Shown piece by piece: positions 38,348 to 50,694 of a DNA stretch of 64,000 nucleotides (position 1 is its first letter; every line of letters begins with the position of its first letter). The stretch is from Camelus ferus (taxonomy: Eukaryota). The stretch spans positions 23,872,001 to 23,936,000 of the forward strand of contig NC_045697.1 of NCBI RefSeq assembly GCF_009834535.1. The letters run 5' to 3'. Both the position numbers and the translations under genes were made by a program. The notes beneath the pieces are model-generated. The model was not told the origin of the DNA. It did no database searches and was given only the letters and a program-made list of their open reading frames with translations.

Positions 38348-40371
38348 GGCTTCTTTTTACTTACAAATTAAAAATTCTTCTTTTCTGTCATTGATCTTTG
38401 TATAAATCTTTCCTCTTAACTCTAGCAAATCTCCAAATCAGACACAGGATCAATGGAATAAACAAGTAAGTAAAGGAATGAGTAAATGAATGATACCATA
38501 ATGAAGAAAAAAGAGAATCCTAGCTAATCACTGAAGCTTGACTTTGTAAGACAAGTATAAGAAATTGTTGAAGATGTCATTTCAAAAAAAATCTTAAAAA
38601 GAGTAAAATGAAGTGTCAGTGGTTCTACTGAGTATTTATATAGATATTTAAATTTATGGGCTCTTTTAATCCTGCAAATTTTTATCTCTATTTAGATTTT
38701 ATGCACATAAAATCCTTTCATTTTTACATTTGTTTCAGCATAACTCTTCTGTACGAAAACTTATTTTTAAATAATTACTTCCTGAATCATTACCTCCAAT
38801 TCAGTTCCCTATATCCAATTTCTTATGTAAACGTCTGTGAAAATACCCAGACACTTCTGTCTCTTCACATCTTCACATTGATTAAATTTCCTTATTTATA
38901 AATTTTCATTTACCACAAGCCTTGAACTGTGGGATAATGCCTTCTGGATATTTTTCTTTGTGCCTCTAATTTTGGGAAGAACTAAAAATTTATTCTGATT
39001 TCCCTCTACCTTCAAGAAGAAGGTGGAAAAATTTTTAAAGTGGTCAAGAACAAAATGGTATTTAAAAATAAAATAACACCACATGCTAGACTGAAAAGCT
39101 TCTAAGGAGAAATAAAAACACATTAAGTGGCATTGCTTTGTGCTGGATTTTTGTTAGGCAACATTTGGATAACTTTTCAGACTTTGCTCTCTGTAGGAAC
39201 ATGGGCAAAATTATTTGCAGGGGAAGCATCCCAATCATCTGGGAGTAGTAAAGAAGAATTAGGTTGCACTAAGGTAAATCATCAAACAAGCTGATTGCTT
39301 GGAACTGTTTCCATACTAGGACAAGGGAATGCCCGTGCCTTACAAATCCCGTTTTATTCAGTAAGACACTAGGTAGGGATTTAAAGTTAGATTCCCTCAC
39401 TGATCATAATGGGTATATTTTCCCTGAACTCTGGCAGACATGCACTTGAAATCCTTAGCAACAGTAGGAAACTGATAGAGTGAATGGACTGTGGGGATCA
39501 TGGTAATTTTCATTTATTTCCATCAAAGGGACATTGCTGACAAATGGTATCTGGATTTAAAACTTTAGTATGAGTTCACTGTGTTCCTCTATTGCCTCTG
39601 ATAGATCCTGCTTAGTTCATTTTATAATTCCTGACTCACAAAGCGTGTGGTGAACAATAGTGGTATTGATTTCCTTTCATTTTTATCATGAATTTATAAA
39701 TTAGGAAGTACACTTATGATCATAACAGGAACATAAATTAGGTAGATTAGATGTTATTAAATACTTTTTTGAGTTTATATTTTAAGGAAATCAAATATGA
39801 ATATAACAACATTTTAAGAAATGCCTTTGTTTTACTTATTATACTTTATTAAACACTTGAGGATTATATTTCTTATAGAAATCTATCTCCTAAGTTAACT
39901 GAGAGGCCATGATGAAAAGATATATTAAAAGAAAATTATTAGATTTTTTTTCTTGTCTTTATAGTTATTACGCCACAAGACTAGCATAGACTTCACTGGT
40001 TCCCTTTACTTTTTATTGCATTCTGTATCAACACAAAGTTTTATTTTTTTAAAAAACAACAGAAATATATAGGCTTATTGAAAGATAGTTGTGAAATACA
40101 GTTAGAGACTAAATGTAGCTATAATATATTGTACAGGATTCTATAAACTAGTAATAGTATAAAACTGCAGTAATATGTAAAAGCAAAGTAGTACTGGGAG
40201 AAATTAACCAAGATACAAGTGACAGTTACTTTTAAAAGGCAGTAGTAGTCTGTTGTTTGTCTACATACCATGTTAAAAGACACAAATAGCATCTGTAGAA
40301 AGAAGCAACTCTCAAGGCTGTGCTAGGCTAAATATATCCTGCTTTCTTTTTTCTTTTTTTGTTTTTTTTTT

Positions 40372-40540
40372 TTAGTAAAGGTAGATTCATTTAGAGAGTG
40401 CATAGAGTGTAGGCTGTTTCAGAAGGCAAAAGAAAGGCCACATGTGGGGGTTGGGTGCTCAGGTTAAAGAAAAAGTAGGTAAACACTCATCATAGACAAA
40501 GTGCAGGCCATCTTCAAAGAGGAGGGAGCAAAAAGTGCAG
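40372..40540 (-). mobile_element. Probable ERV LTR fragment
   Basis: gtagattcatttagagag...agagtgtaggc...cagaaggc and acactcatcatagacaaagtgcaggccatct resemble a repeated motif of laurasiatherian ERV LTRs (recalled, not searched). Confidence 0.4.
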
Positions 40541-41699
40541 CCAGTATATCCTGTTTTCTAAAAAAAGTTGGTAACATATGAAATAGGTTTTTAATGAAAA
40601 AAAAAAAAAACCCACACAAATAAAATATACTTGTCACAGAGGATGGTCTAGTTACGGCAATTTCTGTGCAAGACAACACAGCTACCCAACCAAACACACT
40701 GTTGGCACCCATTTCCTAGTAGAACAGGCTCACCAACTTGTAAACAGGCAACATGCCATCCTAACAGATGGCTGTGAGTATTTGCAGCCAAGAGACCATG
40801 AATGAACATCAGATGTGTTTGCTGAGGGCAGGATTCCCAAACAAAAACACCCAAACAGCTGTCTTTCCTGAGGTTATGAACCCAGGGTTAAAGGCACCTA
40901 CCGCTCTTACTCTACCTTTTGTGAGACCAAGTTTCCTCAAACCCTTAAATTGTCTACTTTTCATGGAAGATAAACCATCAGAAATATTCTTACTGGACTA
41001 AATGTGTATATGTTTAATTATATTCAAAGTAGTGTTTTACTGGTAAATGTGTTAATTTCAGTTAATATCTTGAATGTGTGCCCAAAGGAAATAGCACATA
41101 CACACTGGAATCTGATATTGGTTGGTATATATTGCCTCCATTGTTCTAATTATTGCTTGTAGTCTCAAGTCTATTTCTGACCATGAAAGACCTCTACCAT
41201 TAGGCCTGCTGAGTAGTAAATGGCTCTATACTTTTTGTTGGCAGAAGGAAAAATTGGTCTGTTCTTGTCTAGATCCATTTACCATCATCTATTAGAAAAT
41301 GCAACACAGTCTGTGAATGGTAATCATCCTTCTATTCCTTAGAAGTTGCAAAAGGCTCATCAACACATGTGATGCATCAGTTAGAAGATTCCTTAGGAAA
41401 GCAGAAAAAGAAGGGTAACAAGAAGAAAAATTATAAATAGTTGATAATACATGAAAATATATTCAAGTTCATGTTAGTTAAAAGTACAAAATTAAAGCTA
41501 TGTAATGAATTATTTTTATCAATTAGATTGGTACAGAATATAATTGCTGGTTACCCAGAATAGAAAACAATTTTCTTCACTTTTTATGAGACCAAATACT
41601 AGAAGCTTTTTGGATGGTGATCTAGTCTCAGAGAAAGAGACAGACAGACAGGCAGACAGACAGAGAAGTACACAGAGAGATGTTCATACTCTCATAGCT

Positions 41700-41885
41700 A
41701 TTTTTTTTTCAGATTTGCCACTCTTTCTCATAAAGTGTGAGCTTTATGAAAGCACGTATGACACCTCACTTATTCACTCTTGTGCCCCTAATGTCTCACC
41801 CAGGTTTGGCACATAATAAATGCTAAAAAATGTTTATTGGATTTGGGGGGGGGTAGTTGAAAGTATGAATAAATGAATGAAGGAA
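41700..41885 (+). mobile_element. L2 3' end remnant
   Basis: gtgtgagctttatgaaagca...ttattcact...gtgcccc...tggcacataataaatgct...tgtttattg...atgaataaatgaatga. Confidence 0.65.
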
Positions 41886-42099
41886 CTGCTGTTAATCTCA
41901 TTATTTCATTTTTACATATGCATTCTAATTCCTTAACTGGAATAATTTTGATTTATATAAAATGTGTATGTTTATAAACCACAATAAATATAAATGTAAA
42001 TAAAGATTGCTTTAGAGATTGGAAAGAATAACAAAGTACTAAATGTATTATTGGAACTTTTATTTTATTTACTGTTACAGAAAGACAATATGAAGGATG

Positions 42100-42345
42100 C
42101 AGAGATAACAGAGAGTGGTTTAAAAGATAGATTTTTGAATTAGACTTCCAGGGTTTGGATTTTTAGTCTCAACACTTTAGTTTGGTGATACTGGGAAAGT
42201 TTTCTAGACCTTCTATGTTTCCATTTACTTTATTTGTAAAATGGAATGGTAATAATACAGTCATAGCAGTTGACTCTGGCGAGGATTAAATGAATTATTT
42301 GTAATTCTGCCTGGCCTATATCAAACACTAAATACACAATTGCCA
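42100..42345 (+). mobile_element. MIR SINE remnant
   Basis: agtggtttaaaagatag...gaattagac...ctgggaaagtt...tttgtaaaatggaatggtaataatac...gaggattaaatga. Confidence 0.7.
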
Positions 42346-43691
42346 AATAAATTCTGGGTAATATTAACACAGACTCTTTCATATTTATTACCATAATCTG
42401 GGTCTAGGAAGTAAAACAATTTCATCAGTTGGGAATCTTACCACGTAATTAATAAACCATTGTACAGCAGATAGCTTGCCATATGATCAACACGATCCTT
42501 GCTTTTAGCCAAGTAAGCTGTTAGCTCAGTTGTTGCCTTTTTTTGAGATCCACAGATGCCTTATCTTCCTGTTCTTCCAGTAGGTAATTTTGAGCACTTG
42601 TGTCCTGTGTAAATCCCTACCCTTATGGATTTTAAAATTGTGTAAGGTGAGAAACAGAAAAATAAATAAGTGTATAGTAACAAGATTTTATATGTAATAT
42701 AGAAGATGATACTAAAGAATATTAACAGACAATATACTATCTCTGTAGAAATCCATTCCCCAATTCTAAACTTATATTTCAAATGTTTGCGATGTGTACA
42801 TGTGTGTGTATGTATCAGTTAGCTATTTGTAATAATTTCCTTTTTTCAATTTCTATAGTAAATATAAGCCTAAGGCAATGCTTGATAATGACATATCTTT
42901 GTTAATACCAAAAAAAAAAAAATTGCTAACTGGAATATTTAAGAATATAGCATTTATTCCAAATAAGATCAAATACTGGGTTCATCCCCACAACCACACA
43001 GTTATGACAGAGGTAGAGAGGATTGTGTATCAGCATGAGAAAGTGTGTTGTTTCCAACTATGGACAAAAACAAGCACATTTTTCTCATGATTCCTACATT
43101 AAGTCTTGAATTTCCTCTGCAATCTTATACCTTCTGCATCTTCCAGCAGCCCCTCCTGCAACTCCTCATCTCACTCTCTTTGGTGCTAAGGCCAAAGGTT
43201 TTCAAGTCGAACAGAACTGGGTTAGGAACCACGTGTTTAATGATGGAGAAAGAGGGGCGAGGTGGGTGAGATGATGGCACTCTTTGACATCTAGCCAAGT
43301 TTCTCATGAAGTTAGAACCTAAAATAGCTTCATTTGCTTGAATATTTTTAGAGAGTAATTGAGTTCTGGAGACCCATAGTGCCAAGACAAGGTGAAGAAG
43401 AAAAGAGCAAAGAAACAAGATAAAGATTCTAAGTGGATTAATTTTTATTATTTTAGTTGTTTCAGTGAGAAAGCCAAGCTAGAGTAGAAACTTACCTTTC
43501 AGTTTTAATCTTCTGCCTTTTCTCATGTGGAGTTTTATATATTAATGATTTTTCAAAATTTAAATATTCATAATTTGGGAACCACCCCCCTTAGAAGTAT
43601 GACTATCCAAACAGAAATGAGAGAAGTGTGGTTTACAAATTGGAATTTTAATTTACTGTTTCTAATATTGTTTGGATCTACCTTTTTTCAG

Positions 43692-43761
43692 GATGTTTCC
43701 TTAGAAATACTTGAAGATGCGTCTGGGTTAAAAACAAGCGAAAAACTGAGGTGATCTCAAA
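43692..43761 (+). other. Candidate 70-nt non-coding exon
   Basis: Upstream ttctaat branch-like motif, acceptor accttttttcag| and donor AAA|gtgagt. Two retained CpGs and only tiny uORF-like ATG frames. Confidence 0.25.
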
Positions 43762-44679
43762 GTGAGTGAGTATTTAAAAAATGTACCATGTAATGTGACT
43801 CTTGTGATTAACAGTTATTAATCACTTGGTTATGAATTAATTAGTTCATGGTTGGTATACATATTTGCCTTATTCTTAATACAAATTATGTTCTGTTCAT
43901 TGTGATTCAGTTACTCTTGTCTTCTAGTTGTATGTTTCTGGTTTTTATTTGTTTTAATATTGGGTACTTTAAGGATAAACAGGCAATTTCTCAGTTCAAA
44001 ACAATTAGGATAAATTAGCAGGCTTCTCAGTTCCTGTCTTCAGTAACTCAAAGACTAACCTGTATACACTTCCTTTCTTGACAGATCTCAACAAGTATGT
44101 GTATATAAGGCCTAGTTTATCTTATTAATTGCATAGATACATACGGTATTTGGTAATATTTTCTGAGATGCAACCCTTATGTTGAAATCTCTTGGATATA
44201 AATCCTTATATTAGTATTATGAAAAGTTTTTTAGAACATGCTGTCTTTTAGGTTGAACACTGCCAGAAGACTCTCCTTTAATTATTTTTTCTCCAGAAGG
44301 CGATCCATCAGGCTTGTCTTTACTCTGTTTTAGCAATACTGGCTCACCTGGGCTTTGCTGTTTACCAGGATCATGGTGGTTCCCTTGGCGATTGTGATAG
44401 ATTGTCATTCACCTATGTATGTTCTTGCTCAATAAAAAATTAATATTAATAGGAAGGGTATCTGAGATTGTGAGCTGGAGATAAATTAGCAATCTAAGGC
44501 CAGAGAACTGAGCAAAGAATTGACATAAAAACCTTGTGATGAAAATAAAGGCTTCATTAATAATCAGTTGACCTAATTGTTACTTGGCACTTCAAATGTG
44601 TTTTCTTGTCAAACATTAGAATGAGAAGATTGTCTCCATCTGACATGTATTTTTTCCATTTCAACTAAGTGTTTTTTAA

Positions 44680-44905
44680 ATAGTATTTTTCATTTGTTGA
44701 ATTCTTGCTATATACCAGGTTCTGTTCTGTGATACTTACATATATGTGTGTTTGTTAGCTTATGTTGCCTTCAGTTCATTCTGTGAATTTGGTACTATTA
44801 TTATCTCAGTGGATAAGGATTCTGAGCAGTAGCCCAAGATCTCACTTTCAGCCATAAATTGGTAAGGATAAGTTTCACATTCATGTGTCAGTATCCATAT
44901 GCCAT
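44680..44905 (-). mobile_element. MIR SINE remnant
   Basis: catttgttgaatt...ctatataccaggttctgttct...ggtactattattatctc...gcccaagatc, the reverse MIR pattern. Confidence 0.55.
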
Positions 44906-45722
44906 ACTGCAAACCAGTATTCAGCACAGAAATTCCTTATTTATTAAAGGACATCTGTCTATAAAGCATTTTAATGATCCTTTATATGCCACATGACTAG
45001 TACAAGTTGATGGCTTTTCTTGAAAAAGATTCCTGTGAAAGATGAGAGCAGAACTCCCTGGTTAAATAATCACAGAACTGTTTATAAAACCATAGCAATG
45101 GAGTAATAGATTAAATGAACACTTTATAACTGGGTGAGGGGGATTTGCACATTTAAAATGTAATTTAGGGAAGCAGAATTTATGGTATTACAAGAAGAGT
45201 AATATTTAAATGTTAAATATTTTAAGACTTTAAATTTATATTTAATTCAGAAGCAGAAATGACTATCAAGATTAATTACCCTAGCCAAGTGATAGCAATT
45301 TATTTCATTATTAAACTAGTAATAACAACACTGCACTTGACATCTTTTTATTCCCTCAACAAATATTTATTGAACCCTACTACATATCAGTCAGTATACA
45401 AATTTCTATTGTTTTAACCATGAACAGGACAGAAAATATTCCTGTACCTACAGATTAATCTAAGAAGCAGGCAGAAAACTGACAATCAAAAATAAAAATG
45501 AGGAAGAGCATTTTCAATGGGGATGATACTGTCAAAGCCAACTTTTACTGGGTTCTTATTATGTGACAGACATTTTTCTATAATATTTACATGCATAAGT
45601 CTATTTGATGTTCACAACCACACTGTCAGATAGGAAATATCACTTACATAATTCAGGTTAAGAAACTTAGACACATATATGTTAAATTGTTGGTGAGCTT
45701 CAAGATTGGCAATGTGTTTCTT

Positions 45723-47086
45723 TCTTTGATTTTTTAATTAATATACTTCATTTTTGGGTTTTAGATTTATAGAAAATCAAGCAGATAATATAGAGAGTTC
45801 CTTCCTATATACCTTCTCTCTCATTCATTCATAATTTCCTCTATTATTAACAACTTGCATCAGTGTGGTATATTTGTTATAATTAATTAATCGGTATTGA
45901 TATACTGTTATTAACTAAAGGCCATAGTTTGCATTAGGGCTCACTCTTTGTGTTGTACAGCTTTATGAGTTTTGAAAAATATATAATGTGCATATACATT
46001 ATAATATTACAGAATAATTTCCTAAATATCCCCTGAGCTTCACCTCTTTATCCCCCTGTCCCTTTCTTTCTGGCAACCACTGATCTTTTTACTGTCTCTA
46101 TAATTTTGCCTTTTTCAGAATGTCACGTAATTGAAATTATACAGTATTTTGTTCAGGCAGCTGTAACAAAGATACCACAAACTGGGAGGCTTAAACAAAT
46201 ATTTATTTGTCACAGTTCTGGAGGCTGAGAAATCCGAGATCAAGATGCTGGCAGATTCGGTGTCTACTGAGAGCCCACTTCCTGGTTAATGAACATCTTT
46301 TCTCTGTGTCCTCACATGGCAGAAGGGAGCAAGGGATCTCTTTTGTAAGGGATCTAATCCCATTCAAGGGGGCTCCATGCCCATGATATAGTCATCCCCA
46401 AAGGCCCTACCTTCAAATATCACCACATTGGGAATTAGGTTTCAATGTATGAATTTTGAGAGGATACATTCAGTCTATAGTATATAGTATATAGCCTTGA
46501 CAGACTGGCTTTTTTTAAATTATTATTATTACTAAACAACATACATTTACTGTTCCTCTATGTCTTTTCATGCCTTGATAGCTTATTTCTTTCTGTTGCT
46601 GAAATAATTGATTAGATGAATGTACCATAGCTTATCTATTTACCTTTTGAATGATAGCTTGGCTGCTTCTAGTTTTTTGTCAGTTTTGAATAGGTTGCTA
46701 TAAGCATTTGTGTGCAAGTTCTTTTTAATTCATTTGGGAAAGTACTAAGGAGTACAATTGCTGGACTGTATAATAAGACTCATTTAGTTATTTAAGAAAT
46801 TGCCAAATTAGCTTCCAAAGTGGCTGTATCATTTTGCACTCCCAACAGCAATAAATGAGAGTTCCTTTTGCTCTACATCCTGGCTGGCATTAGATGTTTT
46901 TATTATTATTTTTTTTTTAATTTTAGTTTTTCTGAAAGATATGTAGTGGAAACTTGTTTTACTTTGCTATTCCCTAATGACATATAACGATGAACATTTT
47001 TTCACATGCAGTTTTTGCCAATTATAGATCCTCTTGGTGAGGTGTGCAGATCATTTGCCCACTTTTTAATTACATTGTTTGTTTTC
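45723..47086 (-). mobile_element. 5'-truncated old L1 (L1MC/MD-like 3' end)
   Basis: Reverse 3' UTR motifs (tggcaaccactgatctttttactgtctctata, ttccaaagtggctgtatcattttgcactcccaacagcaa). Probable TSD caatgtgtttctt (45710-45722) and caatttgtttctt (47087-47099). Confidence 0.8.
46143..46482 (-). mobile_element. MaLR solo LTR (MLT1A-like) nested in L1
   Basis: gctgtaacaaagataccacaaactgggaggcttaaac...cacagttctggaggctgagaaatccgagatcaag...gaattttgagaggatacattcagtctatag. Confidence 0.88.
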
Positions 47087-47689
47087 CAATTTGTTTCTTG
47101 TGGCTAAAATCTTAACCATTATGTTATATTGTCTTGTAGAGTGTTGAGCAGACAATGGAACAGGGCAAAGGAATAGAAAGAATTTGGAGGATGAAGAGTA
47201 AGCTCTATATTTTACATAGGAATGTCAGGGAAGACCTTTTTAAGGAGGGAACATTTGAGTTGCGATCTGAATGAGAAAATTCAGACGTGAAAATATTGGG
47301 GAATCAAAGGGGTTTTTATTAAACATTTTGAGTTACAGTTTCCTAAATTATGAAAAAAGGTATCTTGGTTAAGATATACTCTCTGTTTGCTTTATCAATT
47401 GGGTAGAAGGATGAATAAATAATTATCTTTCAATGGAGCATATGGTAAGTTCGCTACTCATGCATCTTCTATGGCAGCATTTGGACTTTAGATAGGCATC
47501 ATTATAGGTCTGTTATGAGTGGAATATACAAAATTTATTTATACTGTGTGTCTTTTGTATCTCTATGAGTATTTTTCTGATAAAATTTCAATAGAGAGCA
47601 AAATGCTATTCAATTTATATATACATAGAGAGAGACGTTTTGCCAATTAATGCTTAATTTGCACAATAATCACATCATGTATATTATTT

Positions 47690-48240
47690 AGCATTTTAGT
47701 TGCAAACCACCAAACTTCACCCAGGCCAACTCAAGCAGATAAGAAATGTGTTAAGTGATGGATATTAGATAGATTATAGACATTTCAAAAGGGTCAAAAA
47801 ATATTATGTAGTCTGGAATATTCCCTCTAAATCCCACAACCTCACTATTCAGTGAAAATAATACTGCCACCACTCTGGTGACACTGTGCATTGAAAACCA
47901 GCAATAGAGTCCTTGTCACTGCTGCCCCTGGAAACTGGCTGTTGTAGATGCACTTGTTCCTTTTTTTTTTTTTTCCCTGCACATCTTTTGCTTTGTCTTC
48001 TAAGCTTCAAACTGCACATCTTTTGCTTTGTCTTCTAAGCTTCAAACTAGGGAGGCAGGTATTTCTAATTGGTGGAGCCTAGGTCATGTGACCACATTAC
48101 GGCTACAAGGGAGGCTCAGTAAATGAATCAATTATTTGGCATTTGAAGCTTCATTAACATGACAAATGCAGATAAGGCAGAATATTCTCTGAACTTTCAG
48201 GAGTTTAGGTGTTAGTGACCTGAAAGAATAGCAACTTTAT
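47690..48240. mobile_element. Old LTR remnant (MLT1K/LTR33-like)
   Basis: ttttagttgcaaacc...aactcaagcaga...aagaaatg and ctaattggtggagcctaggtcatgtg...ctacaagggaggct motifs of old MaLR/ERVL LTRs. Confidence 0.5.
47977..48046. repeat. Perfect 35-bp tandem duplication
   Basis: ctgcacatcttttgctttgtcttctaagcttcaaa at 47977-48011 and 48012-48046. Confidence 0.95.
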
Positions 48241-48334
48241 TTGGCAGCCTGTATTTCAGAATGCATTTTCTTCTAGAAAAATATATTCTTTCTGTCTGTA
48301 ATGTTGTTGTATTATCTTAGAATTTTTAGTATGA

Positions 48335-48762
48335 TAGATAGAAAAATGCCCACCATTTTTCCTATCATGTGTATCCCCTTTTTTAATGCAGCATTCCAGT
48401 TCTTCAACTAAGAGTCCATTTCTCCAGCAGTGTGAGTCTGTTACTTGTTTTGGACAATAGGAAATCAGAAATGTAAGCAGAACTTTGAAAAGTACCTGTA
48501 TATATTAAGTCTTGCTCTCTGATAATCTTGAGAACCCTTAAGAACCACAGCATAATGTGAACAAGCCTGGGAAGTCAGCTTTGAAACAAGTGACACACAC
48601 TGTAGCCTTCCCATTATCTTCCAAATGACGGCACATGTGTTAGCGAGATTTGTTGACATCATAAGAAGCAAATGAAGACTAATTCAAATTACTCAATCAT
48701 AGAAATGAGGAATAAATAGAGTATTTATTGTTTTAATCTACTAAATTTTAGGATGGTTTGTT
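48335..48762 (+). mobile_element. MaLR solo LTR (MLT1F/G/H-like)
   Basis: 5' aaaaatgcccacc...agagtccatttctcc; 3' aataaat...ttattgttttaatctactaaattttaggatggtttgtt, the typical MLT1 3' end. Confidence 0.65.
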
Positions 48763-50372
48763 CTCATCAAATTTAGTAGGATTTAGTAGGATTCTCTAAA
48801 ATTTAGTAGGATTCTCATCAAATGCTATTACATTTAGTCTTTACTCCATTATCTGTACCATACAGTTGTTTTCTCCCCCTTTTTAAATTGATAATCATCT
48901 GACACACTTAAAAGTAAATATCTAAAAATTAACTAATTATTATATGTAAATGTATAGTGACATTGTTTATAATGTAGCTTCATGGAAGACCATGTATTTA
49001 TTTTTCCATATGAGATATCATTTAAATTTGTTCTGAATTTTTTAACAGCATGGCATCTTGGCATAGTTAAAGCTTTTCAATATAGATGATGGTGTGAAAA
49101 ACTTTTATTTTTGGTCTGCTGTTCACATATCAATCGCTTTCTAAAGTCAAAGTCCATTATACCAAAAAGAGAATAAGTGGTGATTTTAGATCAGAAACAA
49201 ATTGATTATTCCTAACTAGAGAAGTAGAAAAATGACATGGGCTCTAAATGTTTGACAGATGAGTAATTCAAAGTTTTCATAGCACTCAGTGACTAGAGAT
49301 TGTGACATATAAAGCTCTGTGGGCATTGTATCATATAGTTTCACTAGGGAATACTGGTCAACTCATTTGCTGTCAGTAAAAGACACTTTAAGCTCTAATG
49401 AAATGATATTTCTAATATATTTTAATATCCCAGTGAATCAGTTTCTAAACTGAATTTATATGTGATACGTGGATGACTTGTTCAGTTCTATTGTTGTCAT
49501 GGAAAAGGCTAAAGCATTTTTTCACAAATGATTTTCTTCCAAACTATACATATTGAATGAAGACAACTGTTCATTATACCAAACTTCCAATTATTTCATA
49601 TATATGAAAGACATTTCCTTAAAGTAAAAAAATATAAACACATGTTTTCTGAATTTTCTGTGTTGCAATTATAGAGACTAATTTTAGATAAATAGAAAGA
49701 TTATTGTGACTTTGTTTCTATCATGTTATTGATCTCATATCCTTATATTTGATTGTGTTCATAATCTTTCAATCAAGTTATCTTGTACAATTTAATTTTA
49801 AATGGATTATGGAAATTTGTTTAGTGTTTGAAGGCTGTTAACACAAATCTATATGCATAACAGAAAGTAACATTTAAAGAAAGTCAGTTCAAGTCAGTAA
49901 AAATTTTTAAGGATAGTATGTATAGACTGATGTAAGCTTGTGCAAATCCAAAGAAATGTCTGCATATTAAGTTAAAGAAGTCAAGAAAAGTAGGAATTTA
50001 AATTATTATCACAGATAAATATTATAAAAATATGATTTGAAATATTTCACTAGCTGACATTTGTTTTTGCTTCTCTATATCATAGCACAGTGATAGAAAC
50101 TAAATGAAATATCAAATGAGAGAGACAAACTAACTTAGATTTGTCTAAGAACTGGAGTAGTGAAAAAGTGAGTGTTAATGGCCAAAATCTCAAAGAGCAA
50201 ATTGACAATAATTATTATATTTATAAATCATAATATAATATTTATAGCTAAAATATTATTTAATTATTTTATTCTGTTAGAACAGTACACATTTTACCAT
50301 ATTTAGTCTTCAAATATGCCCTTGTAAGATTCAATGTTTAATATAAATTCATTGTTTGGAGTTTTAATCTTG

Positions 50373-50388
50373 TCTCATCTTCCATTTT
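50373..50388. repeat. L1 target-site duplication, 3'-side copy (TCTCATCTTCCATTTT)
   Basis: Identical 16-mer at 57800-57815. Confidence 0.92.
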
Positions 50389-50694
50389 TTTTTAACATTT
50401 TTTTATTGATTTATAATCATTTTACAATGTGTAAAATTCCAGTGTAGAGCACAATTTTTCAGTTATAAGTGAACATATATATATTTACTGTCACATTTTT
50501 TTCTCTTAGCTACCAGAAGATCTTGTGTATATTTCCCTGTGCTATACAGTATAATCTTGTTTATCTATTCTACAATTTTGAAATCCTGTCTATCCCTTCC
50601 CACCCTCCGCCCTCTTGGCAACGACAAGTTTGTATTCTATGTCTATGAGTCTGTTTCTGTTTTGTATTTATGCTATGTTTGTTAGTTTGTTTTT

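Larger units (their letters stand above)
45345..47300 (-). mobile_element. L2 fragment (outer element, ~45345-45530 and ~47135-47300) interrupted by MIR (~45540-45710 and ~47100-47135)
   Basis: ctcaacaaatatttattgaaccctac is the reversed L2 3' end, which resumes as gtcagggaagacct...aggagggaacatttgagttg...tctgaatga. MIR halves flank the nested L1. Confidence 0.6.
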
